64,000 bases of DNA from Heterodontus francisci. Lineage: Eukaryota. Location: the NCBI RefSeq assembly GCF_036365525.1, contig NC_090371.1, positions 258,964,545-259,028,544 of the forward strand, read 5' to 3'. The notes beneath the pieces are model-generated. The model ran no database searches. It saw only the letters and a program-made list of their open reading frames with translations, and was not told where the DNA came from. Positions 38,865 to 52,525 of this stretch are shown here, one piece after another; the stretch's first letter is position 1, and every line of letters begins with the position of its first letter. Both the position numbers and the translations under genes were made by a program.

Positions 38865-40211
38865 GCAAAAACAATGGCATAACCAATAGCACTTACAAAT
38901 ATTAAACTATTCACCCTGGTGCTCACTCTTAGTGGTTATCATATAAGTGGTTTTGCTTAATCTTGTGCCTCAATGGAATACAATCCCAGTGGCAGCAGCA
39001 TGTAAGGTGGATAGCTGCTGAGAAACTGAGGAAGGCACTTCAGATGTCCTCTTGCATCACCCTTGAGAGACTATGGACTGTGGATGGCCCCACCTCAGAC
39101 TGCACCATCTCAGTATGGTCTTCAGCTGTCTGGGCCACCGAGCTGACAGGTAAATACAAGGACAATGGTGGAGTGGCATGGGAGGGAGCAGGTATATTGC
39201 CATCCAGAGAGAGGCTACTAGGTTCCGCTCCATGAGTCCCATGCAACTACCTCAGGGTATCTGTTCAACCAGTCCAGTGATCTGCTGGAGGACAGATCTC
39301 TGGGCAACTGAAACACTCCACAGCTCCTTACAACTGAGGATCCCAGAACCACTATGGGAGCTGCCTGAGCTTCTATTGTAGCATTTTGTCACTCCATGGA
39401 AGCTACTTGGTGTTCCATGATCTCAGTCATCAGATGCTGCATGATATTAGACTCCACAGCTCACTGGATGGAATTGGTTGGTCTCTCCATGCTGGAGAGG
39501 ATGGGTTCCAGTCTCTGCATCAACCACAGACGATTTCTCCCCCTTCTAGGCTTTCAGGCAGACTGTCCATTGAACCAAGCATTTGGCTTGTCAAATCCAT
39601 CAAACCTCTTCTGTAGCTTGGCCTGCAAGATCCTCATCTTACTCCTCTACAGCAAAACTAGTATGTGACCTACCCTTCCAGCAAGGTGGCACCTTGTACC
39701 TTCCACCTGGTGTGATTGCTGCCCAGTATGGCCCAGTGTGCCCCTCTGTGAGAATCTGTTACAATCTGCCTCTAAGTTACAAGTGTTGCTGATCTCTGAG
39801 CTGGTACCTGTGACTGTGGTAACGATGAACATAGTGCCCTCTTACTCTTTCTCATCCTTGTCCTCATCCTCCAGGGGACAAGGTAACTTCTCCTCATTGT
39901 CATCCTCTAGAGGGCGTGAGGTGGATCTTGCTCCTGGGATCCTGCAATGATACTGCTGGAAGGATTAGGGTGCTGTGTATGCAGCCACTAAAGGAGGATG
40001 TGTGTGATGAGACCGTAGGGAGCTTGGGAGTGAGAAGATGTTTGGTGGATTAAGGATAGGGAATAGTTGTGGATCTGTAAAGAAGCTGGAGTGGCCACAT
40101 ACCACTCGGCAGTCTTCCCCCCTGCTGTGCCTGTGGTCACGGCTCTGGCAGGCTGTGCAGAAAGATTGAGAGATGTGAAGGGGTCTGCTACTCCCCTCCC
40201 AATCACCATCA

Positions 40212-40360
40212 GGGGTAAAACTGGTCTACTCCAGTAATGGGAAACAGTCTCTAAGCGAATTGGTAGCCCATTAACTTTGATGGAAAAGTAAAGCTGGCAC
40301 AGTGTAAAATGTGCTGTGATTCTCTATGGGCCCACTACTTGCCGAGACCAATTTCACTCC
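40212..40360. mobile_element. Small MITE-like element
   Basis: Imperfect TIRs GGGGTAAAACTGGTCT / AGACCAATTTCACTCC; a similar end occurs near 45328-45343. Confidence 0.5.
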
Positions 40361-41154
40361 CGTTAAATTTTTTTCTGCACTACAGCCAGGTCTTAGAGAA
40401 AATGTTGTTCACATGTGTGGGACCAACACTGTGCATTTTCACCAACTTACTTTAGCAGCTGCCCATCATCTGAGGGAAAGAGGACCTTCTACCTGTTCTG
40501 AACCTGCCTATGGCCATATCTGAGAACCCTGGGGCCACGCTGGAATCCCTTGTCTCCCAATTTATCTTGTTGCAGCTCCATGCTGGAACTGTTTCCCTAA
40601 TTTGGCCCCAAAACAATACACCTCTCCTTTAAGCTACCCCAGGCCCTTGAAAACCTGCAACAACATCAAATATCTTGCCTCCTAGTCAGCGAGCTGCCAA
40701 TATTAAGCTTGCTTAATGCTGGCAGCTTGCCTCAGTCATGCAAAACTGGAAAAAGAACCCCTTGGTTTTCCTGCTGATTTCCTGCTGGGAGACCAATACC
40801 TCCTCCAGTGTTTGCGTACATCCATAAAAGCACAGAAAGCACATTCCTTCTGTATCTTCAAGCATCACTTCAGGTATATGTGTCTGTTCCTCAGTCCTTG
40901 CTTGACATCTCAGCACTTTATTAAAATGGTGCACTGGGATTTTGCTGTTGGTGAATTCTGATCCTGTTCTTGGTGCCACAAAATTGTTACTTCAGTTTTT
41001 TTTTAATGGCATCAATTCTGTACATTTTGTTCCCACAAAGAATAAGGGTGGGTAGGCCAAATCTAGAGCCCCATTGATGTCAAGGATAAGGACAGGGTAA
41101 GATAAGGCAGAAGAGGAAAGCTAATGTTCAACACCGAGAACTCAATACTACAGA

Positions 41155-43063
41155 AAGCCGAGAGGAGCACAGAAAGTGAAGGGGTGAAATCAAAAGAAAA
41201 TTAGGAAAGCTAAGAGAGGCATGAAAGAATATTGGCAAGCAAAATCAAGGTGAACATATTGATATGTTTTATCAATACATTAAGAGTAAGAGGATAATTA
41301 AGGAAAGAGTAGGGCCCATAAAAGACCAAAAAGGTAACCTATGTGTAGGAGCGGAAGATGTTGGTATTGTTTTTAACGAATACTTTGCGTCTGTCTTCAC
41401 AAAAGAGAGGAACTGTGCAGTTATTGTAGTTACGGAAGAGGGGTAGGAAGTATTGGATGTGATAAACATAGGGAGAGTGGAAGTATTAATGGGATTAGCA
41501 TCCTTGAAAGTTGATAAATCACCAGGGCCAGATGAAATGTACCCCAGATTGTTAAAATAGCAAGAGTGGAAATAGCAGAAGGCCTGACCATCATTTTCCA
41601 GTCCTTACTGGATACAGGTGTGGTGCCGGAGGATTGGAGGACTGCTAACATTGTACCTGTTTAAAAAGTGAGTGAAGGATAGACCGAATGATTACAGGCC
41701 AGTCAGTCTAACTTCAGTAGTGGGCAAATTATTAGAATCAGTTCTGAGAGATTGGATAAACTGTCACTTAGAAGGACAAAGGTTAATCGAGGATAGTCAG
41801 CATGGATTTGTTAAGGGAAGATCTTGTCTGACGAACTTGATCGAGTTTTTTGAAGAAGTAACAAGGAAGATTGATGAGGGCAGTGCAGTTGATGTGGCCT
41901 ACATAGATTTTAGCAAGGCTTTTGACAAGGTTCCATATGACAGACTGGTTAAAAAAACTGAAAGCCTGTAGGATCCAGGGACATGCAGCAAGGTGGATAC
42001 AGAATTTGCTAAGTGGCAGGAAACAAAGAGTAATTGTTGCCAGGTATTTTTGCGACTGGAAGGCTGTTTCCAGTGGCATTCTGCAGGGCTCAATACTGGG
42101 GCCCCTGCTTTTTGCGGTATATATTAACGACTTGGACATGATCAAGAGGTTTGCAGACGAGACAAAAATTAGCCGTGTGGTAGATAGCGAGGAGGATAGC
42201 TGTAGGCTGCAGGAAAATATTGATGGACTGGTCAGGTGGGCTGAAAAGTGGCAAATGGAATTCAACCCAGAGAAGTGTGAGGTGATGCATTTGGGGAGGT
42301 CAAACAAGGCAAAGGAATACACAATTAATGGGAGAATACTAAGTGGTGTCGAGGAGGTGAGGGACCTTGGAATAAATGTCCACAGATCCCTGAAGGGCAA
42401 GTCGATAAGATGGTTAAGAAGGCATATGGAATCGTTTCCTTTATTAGCTGTGGTACAGAATATATGAACAGGGATGTTATGCTGGAACTATATAAATCAT
42501 TAGTTAGGCCACAGCTTGAGTACTGAGTGCAGTTCTGGTCATCTCATTTCAGAAAGGATGTAATTACACTAGAGAGGGTACAGAGGAGATTTACCAGGAT
42601 GTTGCTGGGACTGGAAAAATGCAGCAATGCGAAAAGATTCTATCGGCTGGGGTTGTTCTCTTTGGAACAGAGAATGCTGAGGGAGATCTAATTGAGATGT
42701 ACAAAAATTTGAGGGGCCTGGATAGAGTGGATGTGAATGGCCTATTTACATTAGCAGAGAGGTCAGTGACTGGGGGGCATAGATTTAAAGTGATTGATAG
42801 AAAGATTAGAGGGGAGATGAAGAAAAGTTTTTTCACCCAGAGGCTGGTAGGGGTCTGGAACTCATTGCCTGAAAGGGCAGCAGAGGCAGAAACCCTCAAC
42901 TCATTTAAAAGGTGGCTGGATAGGCACCTCAAGTGCCGTAACCTGCAGGACTATGGACAAATGCTGGAAGGTGGGGTTAGACAGGGTGGCTCGTTTTTTG
43001 GCTGGCACAGACACAATGGGTCAAGTGGTCTCTTTCTGTGCCATAAACTTTCTATGGTTCTAG
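41155..43063 (+). mobile_element. CR1 LINE, 5'-truncated (RT)
   Basis: YRPVSLTS, SQHGF, DFSKAFDKVP, QGSILGPLLF, FADE, WQMEFNPEKC; TTCTATGGTTCTA tail. Confidence 0.95.
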
Positions 43064-43393
43064 GTACAAATATTCACACCCTTTCCCTCAAACATTGGTT
43101 GTATAATAAAAACATTCATAATACTGCAATGGTGGTCACTGTGGAAAAAAAGATTTTGTTCAAAAGTGGTTTATCTTAAGCAATTTTTCCTGAGGAAATT
43201 GTATAAAAGCTGAGCAAAATCCCATTATAATAATTTCATGCCATTTTGGCTCAGATTTTTCATGTTGACTAAAACTATGAGCCCAGCTTATTTTTCCTTT
43301 GGTAGTAGGTGTAGATTCATGGCTGGTGTCCATAACACCTCACATCTTTGCCAAAATGTTCTTCTGTGTCCTTGTACAGTATTAAACACTTTC

Positions 43394-43730
43394 ATTTATT
43401 TAGAGATACAGCACTGAAAGAGGCCCTTTGGCCCACTGAGTCTGTGCCAACCATCAGCCACCCATTTATACTAATCCTACATTAATCCCATATTCCTACC
43501 ACATCCCCTCAATTCCCCTACCATCTACCTACACTAGGGGCAATTTACAATGGCCAATTTACTTGTCAACCTGCAAGTCTTTGACTGTGGGAGGAAACAA
43601 GAGCACCCAGTGGAAACCCACATAGTCACAGGGAGAACTTACAAACGCCACACAGGCAGTACCCAGAATCGAACCCGGGTTGCTGGAGCTGTGAGGCTGC
43701 AGTGCTAACCACTGCGCCACTGTGCTGCCC
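43394..43730 (-). mobile_element. HE1-like V-SINE (tRNA head, V domain, CR1-type tail)
   Basis: Minus-strand A box GTGGCGCAGTGG and B box GGTTCGATTC; V-domain-like GTTCTCCCTGTGAC...GGGTTTCC; CTTTC on both flanks. Confidence 0.9.
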
Positions 43731-44554
43731 CTTTCCTATGCATTTTTGCCACATACCCTCAAAAGCAAAACACAAATGAAAAAAAAATATTGCAGTCATG
43801 GTGCTATTTCGCTAAAGAATAAATTGTTCCTTCAGTAGTCCACGAGTAGTTACTTACATTTCATTGTTAAGTACAAAATACCAACGAAAAAGTAAAAGGA
43901 GGATTAAAAAAATACAGATACTTTGTAGATAGTGATAGAAATATCTAATAACACTGAGATCCAGAACAACTTAGAATCCTAAATAGCGAGCAGATGCATG
44001 GACTCAACAACTGGGGTGCTGGATGGGGTGGGGTGGGCAGTGGGGTAATGTAGAAGGAAGAGAGGAACTGTTGGTTGGGAGAGATTGGATGTAGCTATAG
44101 GTAATTTTCATGAGATAGAGGTGAAGAAAGAGTAAGTACAGACTCAGTGGATATTAATTTCAATGCTTCACAAAGTTTACGGCAAAGTGCATAGGCAATT
44201 CAAAGCACTAATCCATGGGGTCTTCTGCAGCAACAACAACAGAGTCAAAGAGAGAGGGTTAATGATCTGACTTTGATTCTCAGTGAGTCTTCCCTGTCAT
44301 GAATGCATTGTGGGAATTTGGACACATGCTGGGCAGTTTTCCAGTCATTAAAGGTCAGAAAATCATGCTCAATGTCTGCCTGAATTACCAGTGTGTGCTT
44401 CCAAGAAACAATGTTGCCTGTCAAAAGCATGAAGTCAGAAAATTACTCCTCACCTTTCTCTCTTCCAGCAGTGTCTATCCCAATACTGCATAGTGTGTGT
44501 CACCTATAGAATTGCCGACAAGTCCCAAGCCCAGAGATGGGAATTTTTTTAATA

Positions 44555-45268
44555 CATTAATTCTCCAGTTGTGGGCATTGCTGGCAAGGCTGGCATTTAT
44601 TTCCCATCCCTCGTGACCCTTGAAAATATGGTGGTGGGTCGCCTTCTTAAACTGCTGCGGTCCAAAGCTAGGTAGAGGCTTGCAGGGTTTTGATCCAGCA
44701 ATGATGAAGAAACAACAATATATTTTGAAGTCAGGAAGGTGTGTGACTCGAGGGGGGGATCTTGAAGGTGATGGTGTTCCAACATGCCTGCTACACTTGT
44801 CCTTCAGGAATTCATGTATTTGAGAGGTGCTGCCAATGAAGCCTTGTTAAGTTGCTGCAGTGCATCTTGCAGAATGAACTGGAGCCAGGGTATGCCGGCA
44901 CTGGAGGGTTGGATTTTTAGGCGAGTGGATGAAATGTTAATCAAGTGGACTGCTTTATCCTCATGTTGTCAAGCTTCTTGAGTGATTGGCAGTTGTATCC
45001 ATCCAGGCAAGTGAAGAGTATTCTATCACTCTCCTGCCTTATGCCATGCAGGTGGTGGAGAAAATTGAGGGATGGTCATTGATGAAACATCTGAAGATAG
45101 TTGGGCTGCTTCCCTAAGAAACTGTTGCAGTAATGTCCTGGGGCTGAAATGATTTGCCTACAACAACCACAGTCGTCTTTCTTTGTGCCAAGTACAACTT
45201 CAGCTGTGGGAGTGTTTTTTTCTGATCCCTACTGACTTCAGTTATACTCAGGTTCCTTGGTACCACAA
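44555..45268 (-). mobile_element. Degraded 3' fragment of the tRNA-headed CR1-clade LINE family
   Basis: Similar to 22385-22890 and 23620-23780. Confidence 0.7.
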
Positions 45269-45374
45269 TAGGCAGTTTGTTTTATACCCCATTTGGTTTG
45301 CTATCCCCTGTTTTACCACGCCCCCAAAGACCAATTTCACCTCAACTGGTTTCTTTCCCATCGTTATACATGAC

Positions 45375-48300
45375 TAAGAAAATAAGAACGTAAGAAATAG
45401 AAGCAGGAGTAGACCATGCGGCCCCTCGAGCCTGCTTCATCATTTAATACAGTCATGGCTGACCTTCTGCCTCAACTCTACTTTCCCTCCCACTCTCCAT
45501 ATCCTGAGATTCCCTGAGAAACCAAAAATCTGTCTATCTCAGCCTTGAATGTAATCAATGATGGAGCATCCACAAGGGAGGAGAATTCCAAAGATTCACA
45601 ACCCTCTGAGTGAAGAAATTTTTCCTCTTCTCAAACGTAAATGATTGGCCCCTTATCCTGAGACCTTTCCCCAGTTTTCTAGATTCCCCAGGCAGCAGAA
45701 ACAAACTCTCAAGCCTGTTCAGAATCTTGTATGTTTTAATGAAATCACCTTTCATTCTACTAAACCCCAGAAAGTATAGTCCCAAATTGCTCAGCCTTTC
45801 ATCAAAAGACAACTCTCTCATCCCAGGAACCAATCCAGTGAACCTTCACTCTACTGCCTCCAAGGCAAGTATATTTTTCCTTCGATATGGAGACTAAAAC
45901 TACGCCCACTACTCTAATTGTGGTCTCACCAAAGCCCTCTACAATTATAGCTGTGCCATGGTGGTGGCCTGCCCAAGGACAGGTCCACTGCTCTTCTTCT
46001 CCACCTAGGAGAGACGAGTACAAATAGGGAAGAGGGTATATATATGAGATGGCTTTCCATTGCCTTCCTTAGATAAGAAAAGGAATTGAACTCACACTGT
46101 TAACACTATTCTGAACCATAGGCTAGTCATCTAGTGAACTGAGCTACCCCACAATTATAGCAAGATTGCCCAATTCTTGCACTCCAATCCCCTTGCAATA
46201 TAGGTCAACATGCCACTTACCTTCCAAATTACTTGCTGTACCAGCATGCTAACATTCTGTGTTCCTTGCACGATACATCCAAGTCCCTCTGAACATCAAC
46301 ATTTACAAGCTTCATGCCTTTTAAAAAATATTGTTTTCCTATTCTTACTACCAAACTGAATAACCTCACACTTCCCCACATTTTACTCCATCTGCCATCT
46401 TGTTGCCTACTTGCTTAACCTGTCTATGTTGCATCGCAACCTCTTTGTGTCCTCCTCACAGCTTACATTCCCATCTAGCTTTGTATCATCAGCAAACTTG
46501 CATGTATTGCTTTCAGTCTCTTTGTCTAAGTCATTAATATAGATTGTAAATAGCTGAAGCCCTAGCACTGATTCTTGCAGCACTCTACTAGGGTTAGAAC
46601 CTGCCAACTTGAAAATGCTCCATATATCCTTACTCTCTGCTTCCTGTCGGTTAACCAATCCTCCATCCATGCTAATATATTACCCGCAACTACATAAGCC
46701 CTTAGATTGCCTATTAACCTTTTGTGTGGCACCTTATTGAATGCCTTTTGGAAATCCAAATATAGTACTGTTTCCCCTTTATCACTCCTACTAGTTACAT
46801 CCTCAGAAAATTCTAATAAATATGTCAAACCCAACCTCCCTTTCGTAACACCATGTTGACTCTGTCTGATCATACTATGATTTTGTAAGTGTCTTCCTAT
46901 GATTTTCATAATAATAGATTGCAGCATTTTCCTGAGGTCAGGCTAATTGGCCAATAGTTCCCTGTTTTCTCTCTCTCTCTTTTCTTAAATAATGATACAT
47001 TTGCTAATTTCCAATCTGCTGGTACTGTTCTAGAATCTAGGGAATTTTGGAAAATCATAACCAGTGCATTGATATCTCTGCAGATACCTCTTTTAGAACC
47101 TGAGAAAGTAGGCCATCAGGTTGTGGGGATTTGTCAGCTTTTAGTACATTAAATTTCTCCAATTTTTTTTCTCTGCTGATATTAATTACTTTTAAGTTCC
47201 TCACTCTTATTAGTCCATTGGTGTTCCTCTATTTTTGGTATGTAATTTTGTTTCTTCTACTGTGAAGACAAATGCAAAATATTTGTTCAACGTCTCTCCT
47301 ATTTCCTCATTTCCCATGATAATTTCCCGTTTCTGCCGCTTACTCTAGCTATTCTTTTTATATACTTGTGGAAGCTCTTATCATTTATTTATATTCACGG
47401 CTACTTTACACATTCTATTTTTTCTCTTTTTATCAACTTTTTGGTTGTCCTTTGTTGGTTTCTAAAACACTCCCAATCCTCAGTCTTACTACTATTCCTC
47501 ACAACATTATAAGCCTCTTCTTTTAATCTAATACTATCCTTAACTTCCCTAGTAAGCCACTGATAGATCTTTCTGCTGGGTTTTTATTTTTTAGTGGAAC
47601 ATATTTTTGTTGAACATGTTGAATCATTTCTTCAAATGTTTCCCATTGTTTATTTACTACCATAACTTTTAGTCTATTTACCCAATCAACCTTAGTCAGG
47701 TCTCCCCTTATATCTATGCAATTGGCTTTGTTTATGTTTAAGGTTCTTGTTTTAGACTCGAGTACATCACTCTCAAACTTAATATGGATTTCAATTGTAT
47801 TAAGATCACTTTTTCCCAAATGATCTTTTATGATAAGATAACTAATTAACACTGCATCAGTACACAATACTAATTCTAAAATAGGTTTTTCCCTAGCTGG
47901 TTCCACATTGTATTGTTCTAGGAAACTGTTGTAAAAGCATTCTACAAACTCATCTTCCAGACTACCTTTGCCAATTTAATTTGACCAGTCTAAATTAAGA
48001 TTAAAGTCCCTTTGTTATATCTTCAATTATTTCTTGCTTAATGCTCTGTTCAGTGGTCTAACTACAGTTAGAGAGCCTATAAACTAGTCCCACCAGAAAA
48101 CCCTTTTCTGATCCTTGCTATTCCTAATCTCCACTGACAGTGATTCTACTTCCTGGTCTTCTGAGTAAAGATCCTTTCTCACTGCTGTCCTTTGGTTATC
48201 CTTTACTATCAGGGCATCTCCTCCTTTTCCATTCTGCCACTTGCTCATCCATCTTATTACAAATGCTTTGCGCGTTTAGATAAAGAGCCTTTAATTTTAT

Positions 48301-48415
48301 TTTTTAACTGCTATTCTTTCCATGGACCTCATTCGTTAATGCACTATGATCATTAAACTCTCTGTCCCTTCCTGCCCCACTCTGCTTGTCTTTACCCAAG
48401 TGCTACACTGCTCTA
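45375..48415 (-). mobile_element. CR1 LINE (older subfamily), APE-RT remnants
   Basis: YLDFQKAFNKVPH, FADDTKL, FTQRVVNLWNS, HLGKSDLN; repeated TTCTTA-type tail. Confidence 0.92.
45952..46150 (-). mobile_element. Short tRNA-derived SINE inserted in CR1
   Basis: 11-bp TSD ACAATTATAGC; minus-strand head GGGGTAGCTCAG...GAGTTCAATTCC. Confidence 0.8.
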
Positions 48416-48416
48416 A

Positions 48417-48608
48417 TATAAAAGCAAAATACTGCAGATGCTGGAAATCTGAAACAAAAACAAGAAATGCTGGAATCACTCAGCAGGTCTGGCAGCATCT
48501 GTGGAAAGAGAAGCAGAGTTAACGTTTCGGGTCAGTGACCCTTCTTCGGAACTGACAAATATTAGAAAAGTCACAGATTATAAACAAGTGAGGTGGGGGT
48601 GGGGCAAG
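48417..48608 (-). mobile_element. Penelope pseudo-LTR fragment with a hammerhead motif at 48517-48553
   Basis: The reverse complement reads AGTT-CCGAAGA-AGGGTCACTGACCC-GAAA-CGTT-AACT. Confidence 0.88.
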
Positions 48609-48611
48609 CCT

Positions 48612-49343
48612 TGGACCCCACCACAAACTCTGTTCCATAGCTACTGAGTCCATATCCCTTTACGACCAATGTCTTTGGCTGAACAAGACTGTTTGCAGCC
48701 TCGGCGTCCTATTTGACTCTCAACTGAGCTTCCGACCCCATATCCTCTACTTCACCAAGACCACCTACTTCCACCTCATAATATCGTTGATCTCTGCCCC
48801 TGGCTCAGCCCAGAGGTTACTGAAAGTCTTTTTCATGCTTTTATTACGTCCAGACTTGACTATTCCATTCCACCCCATAAATTTCAGCTCATCCAAAACT
48901 CTGCTGCCCATATCTTAAATTGCACCAAGTCCCATTCACCCTTGCGCTCGTTGACTTGCATTGGCTCCCAGTCTGGCAAAGCCTCAAAGTTAAAATTTTC
49001 ATCCTTGTTTTAAAATCCATCCATGGCCTCACTATTCCCTATCTTTGTAAACTCCTCTAAGCCCTACAACTGTCCGAGATCTCTGCTCCTCTAATTCTGG
49101 CCTCTTGTGCATCCTCGTTTTCCATCACCCCACCATTGGGAACCATGGCTTCAGATGCCTAGGCCCTAAGTCTTGGAATTCCCTCTCTAACCCTCTCTGC
49201 CTCTACTTTTCTCTCCTCCTTTAAGAGACTTATTAAAATTTACCTCTTTGACCAATCTTTTGGTCACCTCTCCTAATATCACTTTATGTGCCTTGGGATG
49301 GTTCACTGTAGCAAAGGCACTATAGAAATGCAAGTTGTTGTTT
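48612..49343 (+). mobile_element. L2 LINE 3' fragment
   Basis: LGVLFD, SRLDYS, QLIQNSAA and LHWLP motifs; tail ...AAATGCAAGTTGTTGTT. Confidence 0.85.
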
Positions 49344-50936
49344 GAAGTAGACTGTAAGTTTTGGCATTTCATAAACTGTCCAATCTGGTTCCAACAGACA
49401 GCATCAGTATCTGCAGCCTATGGATATCGCCTTTTAAACCCCGTGCAAATTCACTTTATTTCAGAACACAACTCATTCCCAAAACATTTTCATGAACAAA
49501 AAATTAATTAGCAATCCTGAAACATGGCAATTGGCCTTCCAGATTTTAAAAATCTTCAGTTGGGGTTGTGTGTCTGTTCGAGGAGGAGAATATCTTGATT
49601 ATCTTGATTAGTATTTATAAAACAAGCGGTGGTGCAAGTAATTTGCAAGTAGCAACAATAATGCTGGAAATGCACAGCATGTTAACCAGTATCTGATAGA
49701 GAAAGTATCAAGACTTATCTTTCAACAATGATCAATTTGCTGTGCTGGTCTAATAATTTTTTTTTGTTTTTATTGCAAATTATTGTTTTACCTATTTATT
49801 TTGCAAGGAGCTCGCACTAAGTTTTAGGCTTCACTGTGGATCTATCATTTATGTACATATTAACTCAAGAGTAAATTATAAACACTATCATCACTTGTAT
49901 TTGCTCATCCATTATTCTGTATATACGTTCCTGTATTCAACATCAGATTTTCATCTCTATCCAACACCAGTCACAGGTAAAATGAGAGAGGGGTTTTCAC
50001 TATGGGCAGCTCCAATGAACACATATAAAGAGAGTTAGCTGGGCTGTTTTGCTCTTTCTTTTTCTATTGTTTGCATTCCTTTACAAGCTTGACAGCTCAT
50101 AGTTGTAAATGTATTTGCAAATGATGGTCCATAAAGCACTAATATGGTGCTGCAGGAGCGCTGCTGAAAGTCATTCTGTTCCTCACACAGTTCAGCTTAT
50201 ACAGTGAAAATACCAATTCTAAAGAGCTTAATCTTTTGCATGATAGAATAATAATCATAAAAATAGTAAGAGGTTCCTATTATTGTTATTTCAGAATGAA
50301 AATACATTACAAAAAAAAGGTGAGACAAGTTTCCATCTATCTCTCCTTGTTCCTGCAAAGTATTGACTTCTGTCCTCATCACCCGTGTGACCACATCTTT
50401 GCTTAGGTCTCTGAAGCTGCTAGACAGCTGGCTGCTGGTTGAGGTCAGGACCTGGGAGGGTCAGCCAATCTTGTTCATGTAGGAAGAAAGACAGGAAGTG
50501 ACAAGCAGTTTTCAGATGGACAATGAGGAGAATGATGACCACTGTACTGAGCTGGCACGGTTTCTTTGGCAACAGTTTGTTCTGCTCACCTCATTAGCTT
50601 TGTCTGAAGTTAAGATGTTATTGTGCAGAACGTGGCAGCTGCTCTGGAAGCACACAGTGAGATAAAAGTAAGCTATCGATATTTGCAGCACTGGGAACTT
50701 CAATTGGATTCAAATTAACTGGCATCATTGACTGCAATTAGCTGTGACATGCTATTGTTCACTATTAACGACTCACTAGCTGTTGCAAGCTTAGGAAGGG
50801 TGAAACATTTTAACAGTTTTATATAATTGCAAATGATTTCAAATTGTGTTGAGTACATTGCATGTGAACATGACAGACCAAAATCTCTGGCATGAGTTTT
50901 TGTTGTAAAAAAAATGCTTCCTTTAACACAATCTCA

Positions 50937-51380
50937 GTGTCAGCTGTGGTTCATTTAGTAGCACTCTTGCTTCCATGTTAGAAGGCTGTGGTTTCATGTT
51001 CCAGGACTTGAACACAAAAAAAGCCTAGCTTGATGCACTCCAGTGTAGTACTGAGGGGGTGCTCCACTGTCAGGGACGCTGTCCGTTTGAATAAGACAGT
51101 AAACAGAGGTCCCATTTGCCCTCTCAGGTCAACATAAAAGATCCCACAGCACTATTTTGAAGAAGACCACATTTTCTGGCTAATAGCTCTCCCTCAATCA
51201 ACATCACAAGAACAGATTATCTGGTCATTATTACATGGATGTTTGTGGAAGCTTGCTGTATGCAAATTGGCTGTTGTGTTTCCTATATTACAACAGTCAT
51301 GACACTCATGAGCTGTAAAGTGCTTTGAGATGGCCAGTGGTTGTGAAAGGCGCTTTATAAATGCAAGACATTTTTCTTCA
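50937..51380 (+). mobile_element. DeuSINE (SacSINE1-like) with L2-type tail
   Basis: tRNA-like head; Deu-domain-like GTACTGAGGG...AAAGATCCCA...GCTTGCTGTATGCAAATTGGCTG; tail similar to the L2 3' end. Confidence 0.85.
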
Positions 51381-52525
51381 CGCTTTCTTATTGAGAATTT
51401 TTGTGGCTATGCAGTAACAATTTTAATAATTTTCTCATGTTTTGTTTTCCATATGTGTGTTTATAGAGAATTCCAATGAATAACAAAACCAGATGCCTTT
51501 TGAATGATATGCTAATAAGCTGACAGCACAAATTGAAAATGTGGCATCCATTTTGCTTAATTTATTCCTGTATATATAAATGGTAGTTGCTTCTTGAAAT
51601 GGAGTAGTTTTTTCAAAAGTCTTCACTTTATTGTTTGTCAGCAAAAAAATAAGCATTATAATTGCTGGACTTGTATTGGAAAAATAACTTGGAAACTTCT
51701 GCTTTACACCACATCAGGCTGGCATTGATTGCTTATATTTTGTGATACTGTTTAGCCATTGAAAAAAAGAGGAAATTTGAATGCTGAGGCTCAAATAAAC
51801 CTTCTCACCAGACCTAGTGACATTGCACTGCCATAGATCAATGTGCATTTCACCAGTGCTTAGAGAGAGGGGAAATTCATTGAATAAAGGAAAAAGAGGG
51901 GTGATACTTTCAATGAAAATCATAGGAGATTGTTATTTTGAATTGGAAAGTATCTTTTCATTTTTTGTAACTGGACTAAACAGGCACACAGATGGGCAAT
52001 AATTGCCTTGGATTACTGAAAGACTATTCATTTTTCAAAATATGCACCTCTATTTCATCCTGCGTTATAACAGTGTTCAAATATACTTCACATATACTTT
52101 TTAAAAGTTCTTAATTGGTTGAAAGCTAACGCTTTGGGATGTCCTGAGGTTGTGAAAGGTGCTATATAAAAACAAGACTTTCTTTCCTATTACATCTGTA
52201 ATTTTGACTATGTACATAGCAAATGCAAAACATAAATTCAATGAATTAGAGGAATGCACAGGACTGTAAAACATTTCTTAATTAATGACCACTCTGTAAA
52301 CAAACATATATGATCAAGTATTTGTTCATAATTCCCCATATCTAGGAGAGGGGCACTCTATGGAAGCTAGCTTCTCTATAGCAAGGCTGGACAATTGAAA
52401 GAAATGTTGCCCTCTAGCATACAAATACAGTAAAACATTGGTAGATGATTTCAAGAAGTTCACTTGCATATTCTTTGATCCAGGGAATGGTATACACTGC
52501 AGGTTAAGTAAAAAGGAGTGGAGTG

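Noticed and set aside
38900-40200. Cluster of short ORFs, possibly old Harbinger Myb-gene exons on the minus strand
   Set aside because: The composition is suggestive, but I found no diagnostic motif; it needs a database search.
41783-42400. 205-aa antisense ORF (similar one at 53266-53787)
   Set aside because: It is the opposite strand of CR1 RT, a common shadow ORF.
43660-43730. tRNA-like sequence (also near 46080-46150, 50940-51010 and 62120-62205)
   Set aside because: These are SINE or LINE heads joined to repeat bodies, not stand-alone tRNA genes.
50400-50600. Acidic stretch ENDDH...ARFLWQQF resembling a Harbinger transposase C-terminus
   Set aside because: Too short and degenerate to support a call.
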